A stretch of 64,000 nucleotides of DNA, taken from NCBI GenBank assembly GCA_038087875.1, contig JAXLNO010000030.1, positions 1 through 64,000 on the forward strand, written 5' to 3'. Made by a program: the position numbers and the translations under genes. Below, piece by piece: positions 1 through 11,982 of the stretch. Position 1 is the first letter of the stretch. Each line of letters opens with the position of its first letter. The notes beneath the pieces were generated by a model. The model was not told where the DNA came from. It made no database searches and was given only the letters and a program-made list of their open reading frames with translations. Source of the stretch: Malacoraja senta (taxonomy: Eukaryota).

Positions 1-190
1 AACCATATAACCATATAACCATTACAGCACGGAAACAGGCCATCTCGGCCCTTCAAGTCCGTGCCGAACATTAAAAAAAAAAAAAAAATACTTCCCCCTA
101 GTCCCATCTACCTGCACTCAGACCATAACCCTCCATTCCTTACCCGTCCATATACCCATCCAATCTATTTTTAAAGGATAAAAATCGTTT
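1..190 (-). mobile_element. CR1 LINE 3' end with (ATATGGTT)n tail
   Basis: Reverse complement of the CR1 3' end at ~48460-48665. It encodes the ORF2 C-terminus SFKNRLDGYMDG, and the tail repeat aaccatat lies at 1-22. Confidence 0.9.
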
Positions 191-243
191 TCCGTGCTGT
201 ATCTCTAAACTAAACGAAACTATCCTACAGACCTGCACATCAG

Positions 244-632
244 AATGCTGGGTGAAGGCAGGGAGAGGGGGAGGTGAGGGAGAGAGACAGAGGTGGGCAG
301 GGAGGAGGGGGAAGAGGGAGGGAGGGAGAGAGAGGATATCATCCATCATACCTGTTCATTGTTTGCCAGTGTAGGAACCCTTCACTCCCCACACAACTCT
401 CCCTCTTCACTCTCCCCCTCTCTCTGTCCCCACTCCCCCTCTCTCCCCATCTCTCCTCATACTCTCACCTCCCCCTGCTCTCCCCCTCTCTATCTCTCTC
501 CTCTTCACTCCCTCCCTCCCTCTCTCTCTCCCTCTCTCTCCCTCTCTCCCTCCCTTCCTCCCTCTCTCCCTCCCTCCTATTTAATGATGCCCTTCCATAA
601 CTATTTAATGGTGCCCTCCTTTAAATATTTAA
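244..632. repeat. Copy 1 (left part) of a locally duplicated GA/CT-rich segment; continues at 3114-3370 after the Helitron
   Basis: Shares ggatatcatccatca-acctgttcattgtttg-cagtgtaggaacc and ataactatttaatggtg-cctttaaatatttaa with 4272-4605. The ORF translations REDIIHHTCSLF match between copies. Confidence 0.8.
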
Positions 633-1349
633 CTAGACTAAGTGGGACCCGTTGGGTCACATGTTCACATGGGAGGGCTAGTCCCCAACGCAATATTCCA
701 CCTCTTCACCAATTCCAATATTGGTGGCCAGTGGTGGGGGGGGGGGGGGAGGGGGGCGCCAGTATGGGTGTTGTGGGCCAAAGGGACTGGTTTCCAGTGC
801 TAGTATGGACATTGTGGGCCAAATGGATTCTTGAGCTGGCAGCCAGTCACTCAGGCCTGGTGGGCTGGAAGCTCAGTCACTCAGGCCTGGTGGGCTGGCA
901 GCTCAGAAACTGCCCTGAATTCTGCCCAAAAGAGGTGAGACTCTGTGAGAGAGAGAAGAGGGAGAGGGTGGAGAATCAATTTTAGCCATTTTCATCTTTT
1001 TCTGCAGATCACAGCAATGAAGGAGGAAAGTCTGTCCTGGCCTGGATCTCACAGGGAGCCAATGAAGGGAGGTAGAAAAACACTGGGTGGAGGTTTAATA
1101 CTTGCAGGGGGCATACTTACTGATGGGCCAAAGGGACTCCTCCTGTGCTAGTGCAGGCCTGATGGGTCGAAGGGACTCTTAAAAAAAATCTGAGTTAAAT
1201 CTCAGTGAAGGCACTTTTTCTGGACTTTTCCTAGCCTGGCACGAGCCTTTAGAGCCAAAATGCTCATCCTGGGCTAATACGGGCATTTTGGGCAAAAGGG
1301 ACTGTTTTCTTGGCTAATAGGGGCTTTGTGGGCCAAAATTTGTGGTTTC

Positions 1350-2730
1350 AGGCAGGCCAAACAACTAATTTCATTTCATTCCCATTTCTATTTTGCATTG
1401 CAGTTTTAAGCACAGGGCAGGCCAAACAACTCATGGCATTGTCATTTCATTTCCATTTTGCATTGCAGTCTCAAGCACAGGGCAGGCCAAACAACTCATG
1501 GCATTGTCATTTCATTTCCATTTTGCATTGTAGTCTCAAGCAATAGACAATAGACAATAGGTGCAGGAGTAGGCCATTCAGCCCTTCGAGCCAGCATCAC
1601 CATTCAATGTGATCATGGCTGGTCATCCCCAATCAGTACCCCATTCCTGCCTTCTCTCCATATCCCCTGACTCCGCTATCTTTAAGAGCCCTATCTAGCT
1701 CTCTCTTGAAAGTATCCAGAGAACCAGCCTCCACTGCCCTCTGAGGAAGAGAATCCCACTGACTCACAACTCTGTGAGAAAAAGTGTTTCCTCATCTCCG
1801 TTCTAAATGGCTTACCCTTTATTCTTAAACTGTGGCCCCTGGTTCTGGACTCCCCCAACATCGGGAACATGTTTCCTGCCTCTAGCGTGTCCAAACCCTT
1901 ATGTTTCAATAAGATCCCCTCTCATCCTTCTAAACTCCAGAGTGTACAAGTCCAGCTGCTCCATTCTCTCAGCATATGACAGTCCCCCCATCACAGGAAT
2001 TAACCTTGTAAACCTACGCTGCACTCCCTCAATAGCAAGAATGTCCTTCCTCAAATTAGGTGACCAAAACTGCACACAATACTCCAGGTATGGTCTCACT
2101 AGGGCCCTGTACAACTGCAGAAGGACCTCTTTGCTCCTATACTTGACTCCTCTTGTTATTAAGGCCAACATGCCATTCGCTTTCTTCACTGCCTGCTGTA
2201 CCTGCATGCTTACTTTTATAGGCTAATGAACAAGGACCCCCAGATCCCATTGTACTTCCCCTTTTCCCAACGACGGCAATTAGATAGTAATCTGCCATCC
2301 GTTTTTTGATACCAAAGTGGATAACCTCACATTTATCTACATTATACTTCATGTGCCATGCATCTGCCCACTCCCCCAACCTGTCCAAGTCACCCTGCAT
2401 TCTCATAGCATCCTCCTCACAGTTCACACTGCCACCCAGCTTTGTGTCATCTGCAAATTTGCTAATATTGCTTTGAATCCCTTCATCCAAATCATTGATG
2501 TATATTATAAATGGCTGCGGTCCCAGCACCGAGCCTTGCAGTACCCCACTAGTCACAAGCACACAGGGCAGGCCAAACAACTCATGGCATTGTCATTTAA
2601 TTTCCATTTTGCATTGCAGTATCAAGCACATGGCAGGCCAAACAACTCATGGCATTGTCATTTCATTTCCATTTTGCATTGCAGTCTCAAGCACAGGGCA
2701 GGCCAAACAACTCATTGCATTGTCATTAAG
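1350..2730 (+). repeat. 65-bp minisatellite inside the Helitron, split by a CR1 insertion
   Basis: Unit gcacagggcaggccaaacaactcatggcattgtcatttcatttccattttgcattgcagtctcaa, with copies at ~1350-1540 and ~2557-2730. Confidence 0.9.
1541..2556 (-). mobile_element. 5'-truncated CR1 LINE (RT C-terminal part plus 3' UTR)
   Basis: GVLQGSVLGP..FADDTKL and LVRPYLEYCVQFWSP motifs, (CTATTGT)n tail, and candidate TSD caagca at both ends. Confidence 0.92.
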
Positions 2731-3524
2731 GGCTATTGCTTGTACATTGCAGACTCACAGTTCAGTTGGTTCACAGCTTAGAATCACAGTTGTGGCCTCT
2801 CCCTCACGATCTTGCACAGTGACTGACTCTTGTCCAGGCATTTAGGCTTTATACTCCTGCCCCTCCCCGGAAGGGGTGTTACCTTCATGATGGTGATTGA
2901 CAGGCGAGAGGACCAATCAGCTGATCTCAAGATTTTTTAAACACTCATAACTTTTTTTATTTTTCATCGATCGGAAAAATCCTCTGGGCTGCCTCAGCGG
3001 AGGACTGTGAGTAAGATGGCCAAAAATGATAGCAATATATGGTAGCGTTTTTTCTAAAATCAATATACAGCGCAGACAGGAAGTGGTCAAGATGAGACTT
3101 TTAGTTATATAGATGGTGCCCCCTTAAATATTTTGTGGTCAACAATCCCACACAGTGGTGTCCACCCGCAATGACAGGTCCCCTGTATTTTAATGAGAGG
3201 TTGCAGTTGATGTTCTTGAGTGATAGGAGTAGGATTATGCCATTCGGCCCATCAAGTTTACTTCCCCATTCAATCATGGCTGATCTATCTCTCCCTCCTA
3301 ACCCCATTCTCCTGCCTTCTTCCCATAACCCCTGACACCCGAACTAATCAGCAATCTATCCTGGGGGTGGGGGTGATGGAAGGTGGGGGTGACTTTTGTC
3401 ACTCTTGACTTCTCTGCTTCTTCCCAACAACAATCAGGTTGTTGAGCAATGAACAACACCGACCTCAGCAACTTTGATCTTCTACGGACTGATCTTTGGT
3501 GGCAATGCAGACTTTAGTTTAGCG

Positions 3525-4270
3525 GGGTGTGTGGAGGAATGGGATGAATGTGGGGAGGGAGGGAAGGAGGGGGTAGAGGGAGGGAGGGAAATCTGAGAGA
3601 GGGTACAGATGGAATGAATGTGAAGGAAGGGAAGGATAGAGCAGAGGGAGTGAATGAGGGGAGCAATGAGGGAGAGGGAGAAGGAAAGGGAAGAAATGGG
3701 AGGGAGGAAGGTGGGAAGGAGGAAAGAAGTGTGTGACTGTGGGGGGGAGAGGGAGTGGATCTGAGAGAGAGAGGTAGGGAGTGAACGAGGATTGGGAGGG
3801 AAAGAAGAAAGCGTGGGGGTGAATAAGAGGCAGGAGGGAATGAAGGGAAGGAGGAGGAAAAGTGGGTGACTAAGGGGAGAGGGAGAGGAAAGATAGAGAG
3901 GATGAAGGGAGGGAATGATGGAGGGGGGAGTGAGTTGTGGGTGGGAAGGATGGAGGGGAGGGAGTGAATAAGGAACAGGGGTGAGTAGTAGAGGGGTGGA
4001 GGGAAGAAGTTTAGGGATGAGTGAGTGAGTTGTGGGGGAGGGAGTGAGTGAGTTGTGGGGGAGTGGGCTACAGGGCCCTAGTACATGTTGGGTGTTGTAG
4101 TCCCTCGTGGAGGAGCCGCCATTGACCAGGAGGGGGATCGGGGGGGGGGGGGTGGGGAGGAGAGAGGGAATGAGAAAAGGAGAGTGAGTGGGGGAGGGGG
4201 GAGGGCATGATGTTGTGGAAGGATGAAATGAGGGATAGAGGGAGTGTTGTGGAGCTGATGGATCTAGGAG
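3525..4270. repeat. GA-rich low-complexity tract
   Basis: Purine-rich gggagg/gaag degenerate repeats. Confidence 0.85.
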
Positions 4271-4271
4271 A

Positions 4272-4800
4272 GTGTTGGGTGAAGGCAGGGAGAGGGGGAG
4301 AGGGAGAGAAGAATGTGTCAGAGGTGGGAAGGGAGGAGGAGGGAGAGTGGGGGAGAGAGGATATCATCCATCACACCTGTTCATTGTTTGTCAGTGTAGG
4401 AACCCCCCACTCCCCACACAACCGTCCCTCTACACACACCCCTCTCTCTCCCCCTCTCTCCCCTTCTATCTTCCCCATCTCCCACTCCCCTCTCTCCCCC
4501 TCTCTCTCTCTCCCCCAGGCCTCCCTCCCTCACTTCCTCTCTCTCCTTCCCATTTAACAGTGTCCTCCCATAACTATTTAATGGTGAACTCCTTTAAATA
4601 TTTAATGGTGTCCCCCCTTCATTGCTCCGTGGTCCACTCCCACCCAGTGGTGTCCCGCTGCAATGACATGTCACCTGTATTTTATCCACAACATTTTAAT
4701 TTATGTTCATGAGTGATAGGAGCAAAATTAGGCCACTCCGCCCATCGCATCCGCCATTCAATCGTGGCGGATCTATCTTTGCCTCTCAACCCCATTCTCT
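4272..4800. repeat. Copy 2 of the duplicated segment (Helitron-free), including an old CR1 3' UTR remnant
   Basis: Colinear with 244-632 joined to 3114-3320. Confidence 0.8.
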
Positions 4801-4947
4801 TGCGAAATGGCCTAAATTCTGCTCCTAGAACTCAATGACCTTATGAAGATATAAAGTTATAAACTTACAAAGACCTCTGCGCCAGTCGACTTGGAGTGAT
4901 TAAACTTGAACATTCACACAAATCAAAACATTCAGCAACCGTATACA

Positions 4948-5200
4948 GTTTTTTTTTGAACAGCTTCGATTTTAGCATTTTACAAACAGAACATTAAATT
5001 AAAAAGAGAAGAGAGAGAGAGAAAAGAAAGAAAGAAATGAGAGGAGATATATCCATCGACCCACCCATGCGCCTGCTCACCCAGCCCTATGATCAGTTTC
5101 GAATTTGTGTTCAACCATTGTGTTGCTCAAGAAATTCAATAAAAGGAGACCATATTTTAAAAATTGTTCCGGTTTATCATTGAAGACAAACATAATTTGA
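4948..5200 (-). mobile_element. L1-clade 3' end fragment
   Basis: The minus strand reads ..FNDKPEQF..WSPFIEFL, like the ORF2 C-terminus at 12720-12807, followed by a pyrimidine-rich UTR and an A-tail (T-run at ~4948). Confidence 0.6.
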
Positions 5201-5580
5201 GGAGAAGGTTAAATCAGAAGTGTCAGTGATGCAGTTGAACAAAGAGGACTATGAAGGGATGAGATGGGAGCTGGCCAAGGTAGACTGGAAAGGGATCCTA
5301 GCAGGAATGACGGTGGAACAGCAATGGCAGGAATTTCTGGGCATAATCTGGAAGATGCAGTATCATTTCATTCCAAAAAGGAAGAAAGATTCTAAGGGGA
5401 GTAGGAGGCAACCGTGGCTGACAAGAGAAGTTAGGGATAGAATAAAACTAAAAGAAAAGATGTATAACACAGCAAAGAGCAGCCGGAAGCCGGAGGATTG
5501 GGAAAACTTTCATGGGACAACAGAAGGAAACATAACGGGCAATACGGGCTGAAAAGATGAAGTACGAGGGGAAGCTGGCC

Positions 5581-5657
5581 ATATAACCATATAACCATAT
5601 AACCATATAACCATAACAGCACGGAAACAGGCCATCTCGGCCCTTCAAGTCCGTGCC
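5581..5657 (-). mobile_element. Very short CR1 3'-end insertion
   Basis: (ataaccat)n tail plus acagcacggaaacaggccatctcggcccttcaagtccgtgcc, the same family as 1-66, flanked by ggcc on both sides. Confidence 0.85.
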
Positions 5658-5845
5658 GGCCAGGAATATAAAGGACAGTAAAAGCTTATTTAGATGTGTT
5701 AAGGGAAAAAGGGTAGCAAAATCAAACGTGGGTCCCTTGAAGGCAGACACGGGTGAAATTATTATGGGCAACAAGGAAATGGCAGAAGAGTTGAATAGGT
5801 ACTTCGGATCTGTCTTCACTAAGGAAGACACAAACATTCTCCCAG

Positions 5846-7860
5846 ATCCAGGTGGATAACAAGGGAAATCAGGGATAGTATCAAAACAAAAGATGAAGCG
5901 TACAAATTAGCCAGAAAAAGCAGCCTACCAGAGGACTGGGAGAAATTCAGAGTCCAGCAGAGGAGAACAAATGACTTAATTAGGAAAGGGAAAATAGATT
6001 ATGAAAGAAAACTGGCAGGGAACTTAAAAACTGACTGCAAAAGTTTTTATAGATATGTGAAGAGAAAAAGATTAGTTAAAACAAATGTAGGTCCCTTACA
6101 GTCAGAAACAGGTGAATTGATCATGGGGAACAAGGACATGGCAGACCAATTGAATAACTACTTTGGTTCTGTCTTCACTAAGGAAGACATAAATAATCTG
6201 CCAGAAATAGCAAGGGACCGGGGGTCAAATGAGATGGAGGAACTGAGTGAAATCCAGGTTAGCCGGGAAGTGGTGTTAGGTAAATTGAGTGGTTAAAGGG
6301 CGATAAATCCCCAGGGCCAGATAGGCTGCATCCCAGAGTACTTAAGGAAGTAGCCCCAGAAATAGTGGAAGCATTAGTGATAATTTTTCAAAACTCCTTA
6401 GATTCTGGAGTAGTTCCTGAGGATTGGAGGGTAGCTAATGTAACCCCACTTTTTAAAAAGGGAGGGAGAGAGAAACAGAGAATTACAGACCAGTTAGTCT
6501 AACATCGGTAGTGGGGAAACTGCTAGTCAGTTATTAAAGATGGGATAGCAACACATTTGGAAAGTGGTGAAATCATTAGACAAAGTCAGCACGAAAGGTA
6601 AATCATGTCTGACAAATCTTATTGAATTTTTCGAGGATGTAACTAGTAGACTGGATAAGTGGATGTGTAATATCTGGACTTTCAGAAGGCTTTTGACAAG
6701 GTCCCACATAAGAGATTAGAAAACAAACTTAAAGCACACGGTTTTGGGGGTTCAGTATTGATGTGGCTAGAGAACTAGCTAGCAAACAGGAAGCAAAGAG
6801 TAGGAGTAAACGGGTCCTTTTCAGAATGGCAGGCAGTGACTAGTGGGGTACCGCATGGCTCAGTGCTGGGACCCCAGCTATTTACAATATATATTAATGA
6901 TTTGGACGAGGGAATTGAATGCAACATCTCCAAGTTTGCGGATGACACAAAGCTGGGGGGCAGTGTTAGCTGTGAGGAGGATGCTAGGAGGCTGCAAGGT
7001 GACTTGGATAGGCTGGGTGAGTGGGCAAATGCATGGCAGATGCAGTATAATGTGGATAAATGTGAGGTTATCCACTTTGGTGGCAAAAACAGGAAAGTAG
7101 ACTATTATCTGAATGGTGGCCGATTAGGAAAAGGGGAGATGCAACGAGACCTGGGTGTCATGGTACACCAGTCATTGAAAGTAGGCATGTAGGTGCAGCA
7201 GGCAGTGAAGAAACCGAATGGTATGTTAGCATTCATAGCAAACGGATTTGAGTATAGGAGCAGAGAGGTTCTACTTCAGTTGTACAGGGTCTTGGTGAGA
7301 CCACACCTGGAGTATTGCGTACAGTTTTGGTCTCCAAATTTGAAGAAAGACATTCTTGCCATAGAGGGAGTACAGAGAAGGTTCACCAGACTGATTCCTC
7401 GAATGTCAGGAGTTTCATATGAAGAAAGACTGGATAGACTTGGCTTGTACTCGCTAGAATTTAGAAGATTTTATAGAAACTTACAAAATTCTTAAGGGGT
7501 TGGACAGGCTAGATGCAGGAAGATTGTTCCCGTTGTTGGGGAAGTCCAGGACAAGGGGTCACAGTTTAAGGATAAAGGGGAAATCTTTTAGGACCGAGAT
7601 GAGATAAAACATTTTTCACACAGAGAGCGGTGAATGTCTGGAATTCTCTGCCACAGAAGGTAGTTGAGGCCAGTTCATTGGCTATATTTAAGAGGGAGTT
7701 AGATGTGGCCCTTGTGGCTAAAGGGATCAGGAGGTATGGAGAGAAGGCAGGTACAGGATACTGAGTTGGATGATCAGCCATGATCATATTGAATGGTGGT
7801 GCAGGTTCGAAGGGCCGAATGACCTACTCCTGCACCTATTTTCTATGTTTCTATGTTTCT
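5846..7860 (+). mobile_element. 5'-truncated CR1 LINE nested in the host CR1
   Basis: KSPGPD, GVPHGSVLGP, FADDTKL and LEYCVQFWSP motifs with several stops and frameshifts, and a (TTTCTATG)n tail ending ~7860. Confidence 0.92.
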
Positions 7861-9008
7861 AGGTACTGGAGGACAGAGGATCTAAGGGGGCAGAGGAACT
7901 GAAATAAATTTTCATTAGGCGAGAAATAGTATTGGGTAGGCTAATGGGACTAAAGGATGATAAATCCCCTGGACAAATCCTCATGGAGGTGGCTCTAGAA
8001 ATAGTGGACGCATTGGTGATCATTTTCCAATGTTCAATAGATTGAGGATCAGTTCCTGTGGATTGGGGGATAGCTAATGTTATCCCACTTTTCAAGAAAG
8101 GAGCGAGAGAGAAAACAGGGAATTACAGACTAGTTAGCCTGACTTCGGTGGTGGGAAAGATGCTGGAGTCAATTATTAAAGAGGTAATAATGGGGCATTT
8201 GGATAGCAGTAAAAGGATTAGTCCATCAACATGGATTTATGAAAGGGAAATCATGCTTGACTAATCTTCTGGAATTTTTTGAGGATGTGACAAGTAAAAT
8301 GGATGGAATGTATCTAGACTTTCAGAAAGCTTTTGATAAGGTCCCGCACGGGAGACTGGTGACTAAAATTAGAGCACATGGTATTGGGGATAGTGTGTTG
8401 ACATGGATAGAAAATTTGTTGGCAATGTAGGGTAGCTGGTTAGATAAATTGGTACGGTACAAATACTTATAGAAATGAGAATAGGTTGTGGTTTATATTT
8501 GGATTTGGGGTTTAATTACATTATTTTTTTAAAAACTCTTTAATATTTTATCTTTGCGTATTTTTGTTATTATTATTATTATTATTTTTTTTTTTTTTTT
8601 GGGGGGGCATTTTACTAACGCTAGTTTGATAAAGTTATACAAGAATAAACAAGATATGAGACGGTTTGTAGTTTTTTTACGAGGTGTTAGTAAGGGATTG
8701 GGGCTCACTGTAAAATAACATCAACGGAAGTCTATAATTCTTACGCCATCTTAGGTGGCTATTTGTCTTTAAGGTACCTGCTTTTAGATACCTTAATTTC
8801 ACTTTTTTTTTTAAATCACTATACAAATTTGTATTTACTTAGCTTGTGTTTAATTAATTGTGAATCACAACTTTTCTTGCTTTATCTAAGGCACTTTTGG
8901 AGAAGGAGATGTAATGTAAACTTAAAAATTTGGAATGACCACCCAACGTCCAGAACACGGAGGTATTTGTTTACACCATATGTTTCAAGAACATCACTTT
9001 GATATACA

Positions 9009-11981
9009 ATGCAAGACGATAGGCAAATAAAAAATGGAGGAATCACATTCTGTAGTTGGAATATAAGGGGTGCCAATGAACCAATAAAGAGGGGTAAAAA
9101 TTTTGCTCACCTAAAATCTTTGAAAAGCGACATAATTTACTTGCAAGAAACTCACATGAAACAGGAAACACAAATGAGATTAAAGGCGAAGTGGATAGGC
9201 CAAACATATTATTCGTCATTTACTTCTAAATCTAGAGGTACGGCTATTCTTATTCGAAAAGGTATACCGTTCAAATTAAAGAATACTATATCAGATAAAG
9301 AGGGAAGGTATATCATAGTTTCGGGAGAAATTTATGCTACCCCAATAACTATGGTAAATATTTACGCTCCGAATTTTGATAACCCTCAATTCTTTGAGAA
9401 AATTATAGATATAATACTGGAGTTTAATTATCAAAATGTCATAATAGGAGGGGATTTCAACTGTGTTTTAGATCCATACTTAGACAAATCAGCAAAACAA
9501 AGAAGGAGTAATATAAAATCTAAGACTAGTGAATTTCTAAATACATATATAAAAAATACTAACATAACAGATGTATGGAGATCTGCCAACCCAGCAGGAA
9601 GGGAATACTCGTTTTACTCTTCGGTACATAAAACATACTCAAGAATTGATTATTTTTTAGTGGATAGGAAATTAATGCCATATATAATTAACCCAACTTA
9701 CCATATTAGTAGTATTTCTGATCACTCTCCATTGACTTTTTTAGTAAAATTTGAAGGAATGCCGGGAATTTTTTTTTTTTGGAGGTTTAACACATATATA
9801 TTAAATGACTTACAGGGTTATCAATATTTGAAACAACAAATGATATCATTTTTTGAGATAAATGATACACCAGGTACCTCACCTTCTTTAATATGGGAAA
9901 CTTTTAAAGCATTTATTAGAGGAATTATAATTTCATATGAAATTTTTCAAAATAAGAAGAATAAAACAGAACAGATGCTGTTAGAACAAGAAATAAGACA
10001 GTTAGAGTTAGATAATGCTAAATATCCCACTATAGATAAACATAATAAGATAATACAACTGAAATTTAAACTTAACCGAATTCACTCGGCAAGAGTAATA
10101 AGATTATTCCAAATTACAAAACAGGAACATTTTGAGTTTGGTGACAAACCACATAAGATGTTAGCGCGTCAATTGAAAAAACAGGAAAAGGAAAATACTA
10201 TAAATAAAATTAAATCCGAGAATGGTGAATTACTAACACTACCTAAAGATATCAATAAAAGATTTGTTCAATTTTATCAAAATTTATACACATCAAAAAC
10301 CAAAACAGAAGATAGTAAAATTACAAACTTTTTAGATAAATGTAATCTACCAAAACTTGACCTTTTGGAACAAGAAGAACTAGGAGCGCAAATTACAATC
10401 GAAGAAATAGGTGAAACAATAAAATCGCTGAAAAATGGTAAGACACCGGGACCAGATGGTTTTAGTAATGAATTTTATAAAAAGTTTCATGAGATAACGA
10501 CCCCCTATCTATTTAATTTATATACTTACATTTTTAAAGAAAATAAACTACCTGAAACATTAGCAGAATCAACTATTATGCTTATTCCAAAGAAAGATAA
10601 AGATCTAGAGGAACCGGGCTCATATAGAGCTATATCACTTTTAAATACAGACCAGAAAATTCTAGCAAAGACTTTAGCTAGAAGACTAAGCAAATATATT
10701 AGTAAATTGATAAACCCTGATCAAACGGGGTTTAAACCCAAAAGATATTCATTTAATAATTTGAGACGCCTGTTTAATATAATGTACTCACATAAAGTGG
10801 AGGAAAAAGACTTAGCAATTATTTCTTTGGACGCAGAGAAAGCATTTGATCAGGTAGAATGGCAGTATTTATACAAAGTATTACAAAAATTTAATATGGG
10901 AGAGAATTTTATTGCATGGGTGAAATTATTATATGATAAACCGATGGCAAGAATATTAACTAACAGCATGTTATCTCAAAAATTTCAATTATCAAGGGGT
11001 AATAGGCAGGGATGTGCTTTATCACCCCTGCTATTTGCCCTTATGATAGAACCTCTGGCTGAAAGTATAAGAAGCCATCCGAATATTCAGGGTTATAATA
11101 CTAGGGACTCAAATAATAAAATTTCATTGTATGCAGACGATATTTTGTTATATATAACAAATTCACAAACGAGCATACCAAATTTATTAAATTTAATAGA
11201 GGAATTTGGGTCCTTTTCTGGATATAGAATAAACTGGAACAAAAGTGAAATCATGACGTTAAAACCTCAAGAATCCACACACTTATTGAAATTCCCCTTT
11301 AAAATAGCAACAGAAAAATTCAAATATTTGGGTATTCAGATTACTAGAAAACATAAAGCTTTATTCAATGCCAATTTTATACCCTTAATAAATAAACTTA
11401 ATATAATGATAAAATTTTGGAAAACACTCCCTTTATCATTAATAGGCAGAATAAATGCTATTAAAATGAGCTTCCTACCACAGTTATTATATCTATTTCA
11501 ATCTATACCAGTATATGTACCAAAATATTTTTTTTCTAAGCTTCACGCTAATATTACTAATTTTGTTTGGGATTATAAATCACATAGAATTAAAAAAGAA
11601 CACTTATGTAAACCAAAAGATGTCGGGGGACTTTCACTCCCTAATTTTTTGTATTACTATTGGGCAATACATATTAAGAATATAATTTACTGGTTGGATA
11701 GTTCAACTCAACAGACAGAATGGATAAAAATGGAGAAAGGGGATTGTAATATAGGAACAATCCTCTTCTCCCCGAAAAAAATGAACAATACAATATATAA
11801 GAAAAACCCAATTATACAAGATACAATAAGAATATGGAAACAAATAAAATTATCCTTAAAATTAAGAAACCTATCATTGTTAACACCGATAGCGAATAAT
11901 CCTTTATTTAAACCATCTATGATGGATAAAATATATAATCAATGGGAAAGTTTAGGAATTAAAAGGATCGGGGACGTATGA
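9009..11981 (+). CDS. L1 ORF2, APE endonuclease plus reverse transcriptase (990 aa; frameshifts into 11983-12807)
   Basis: SWNIRG, LQETH, GGDFN, SRIDY, SDH (EN). KTPGPDG, YRAISLLNTD, SLDAEKAFD, RQGCALSP, YADD, KYLG (RT). Confidence 0.92.
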   Translation: MQDDRQIKNGGITFCSWNIRGANEPIKRGKNFAHLKSLKSDIIYLQETHMKQETQMRLKAKWIGQTYYSSFTSKSRGTAILIRKGIPFKLKNTISDKEGRYIIVSGEIYATPITMVNIYAPNFDNPQFFEKIIDIILEFNYQNVIIGGDFNCVLDPYLDKSAKQRRSNIKSKTSEFLNTYIKNTNITDVWRSANPAGREYSFYSSVHKTYSRIDYFLVDRKLMPYIINPTYHISSISDHSPLTFLVKFEGMPGIFFFWRFNTYILNDLQGYQYLKQQMISFFEINDTPGTSPSLIWETFKAFIRGIIISYEIFQNKKNKTEQMLLEQEIRQLELDNAKYPTIDKHNKIIQLKFKLNRIHSARVIRLFQITKQEHFEFGDKPHKMLARQLKKQEKENTINKIKSENGELLTLPKDINKRFVQFYQNLYTSKTKTEDSKITNFLDKCNLPKLDLLEQEELGAQITIEEIGETIKSLKNGKTPGPDGFSNEFYKKFHEITTPYLFNLYTYIFKENKLPETLAESTIMLIPKKDKDLEEPGSYRAISLLNTDQKILAKTLARRLSKYISKLINPDQTGFKPKRYSFNNLRRLFNIMYSHKVEEKDLAIISLDAEKAFDQVEWQYLYKVLQKFNMGENFIAWVKLLYDKPMARILTNSMLSQKFQLSRGNRQGCALSPLLFALMIEPLAESIRSHPNIQGYNTRDSNNKISLYADDILLYITNSQTSIPNLLNLIEEFGSFSGYRINWNKSEIMTLKPQESTHLLKFPFKIATEKFKYLGIQITRKHKALFNANFIPLINKLNIMIKFWKTLPLSLIGRINAIKMSFLPQLLYLFQSIPVYVPKYFFSKLHANITNFVWDYKSHRIKKEHLCKPKDVGGLSLPNFLYYYWAIHIKNIIYWLDSSTQQTEWIKMEKGDCNIGTILFSPKKMNNTIYKKNPIIQDTIRIWKQIKLSLKLRNLSLLTPIANNPLFKPSMMDKIYNQWESLGIKRIGDV

Positions 11982-11982
11982 A

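Larger units (their letters stand above)
633..3113 (-). mobile_element. Non-autonomous Helitron-like element
   Basis: On the minus strand it starts A^TCTATATAACT (3113) and ends with hairpin GACCC-AAC-GGGTC followed by ...AGTCTAG^T (633). There is no TSD, and the empty site is visible in the paralog at ~4605. Confidence 0.85.

Noticed and set aside
274..985. 108- and 230-aa ORFs
   Set aside because: They are low-complexity sequence reading into the Helitron end, with no recognisable domain.
1350..2730. 65-bp repeats as a possible CRISPR or ncRNA array
   Set aside because: There are no unique spacers. This is a minisatellite inside a Helitron.
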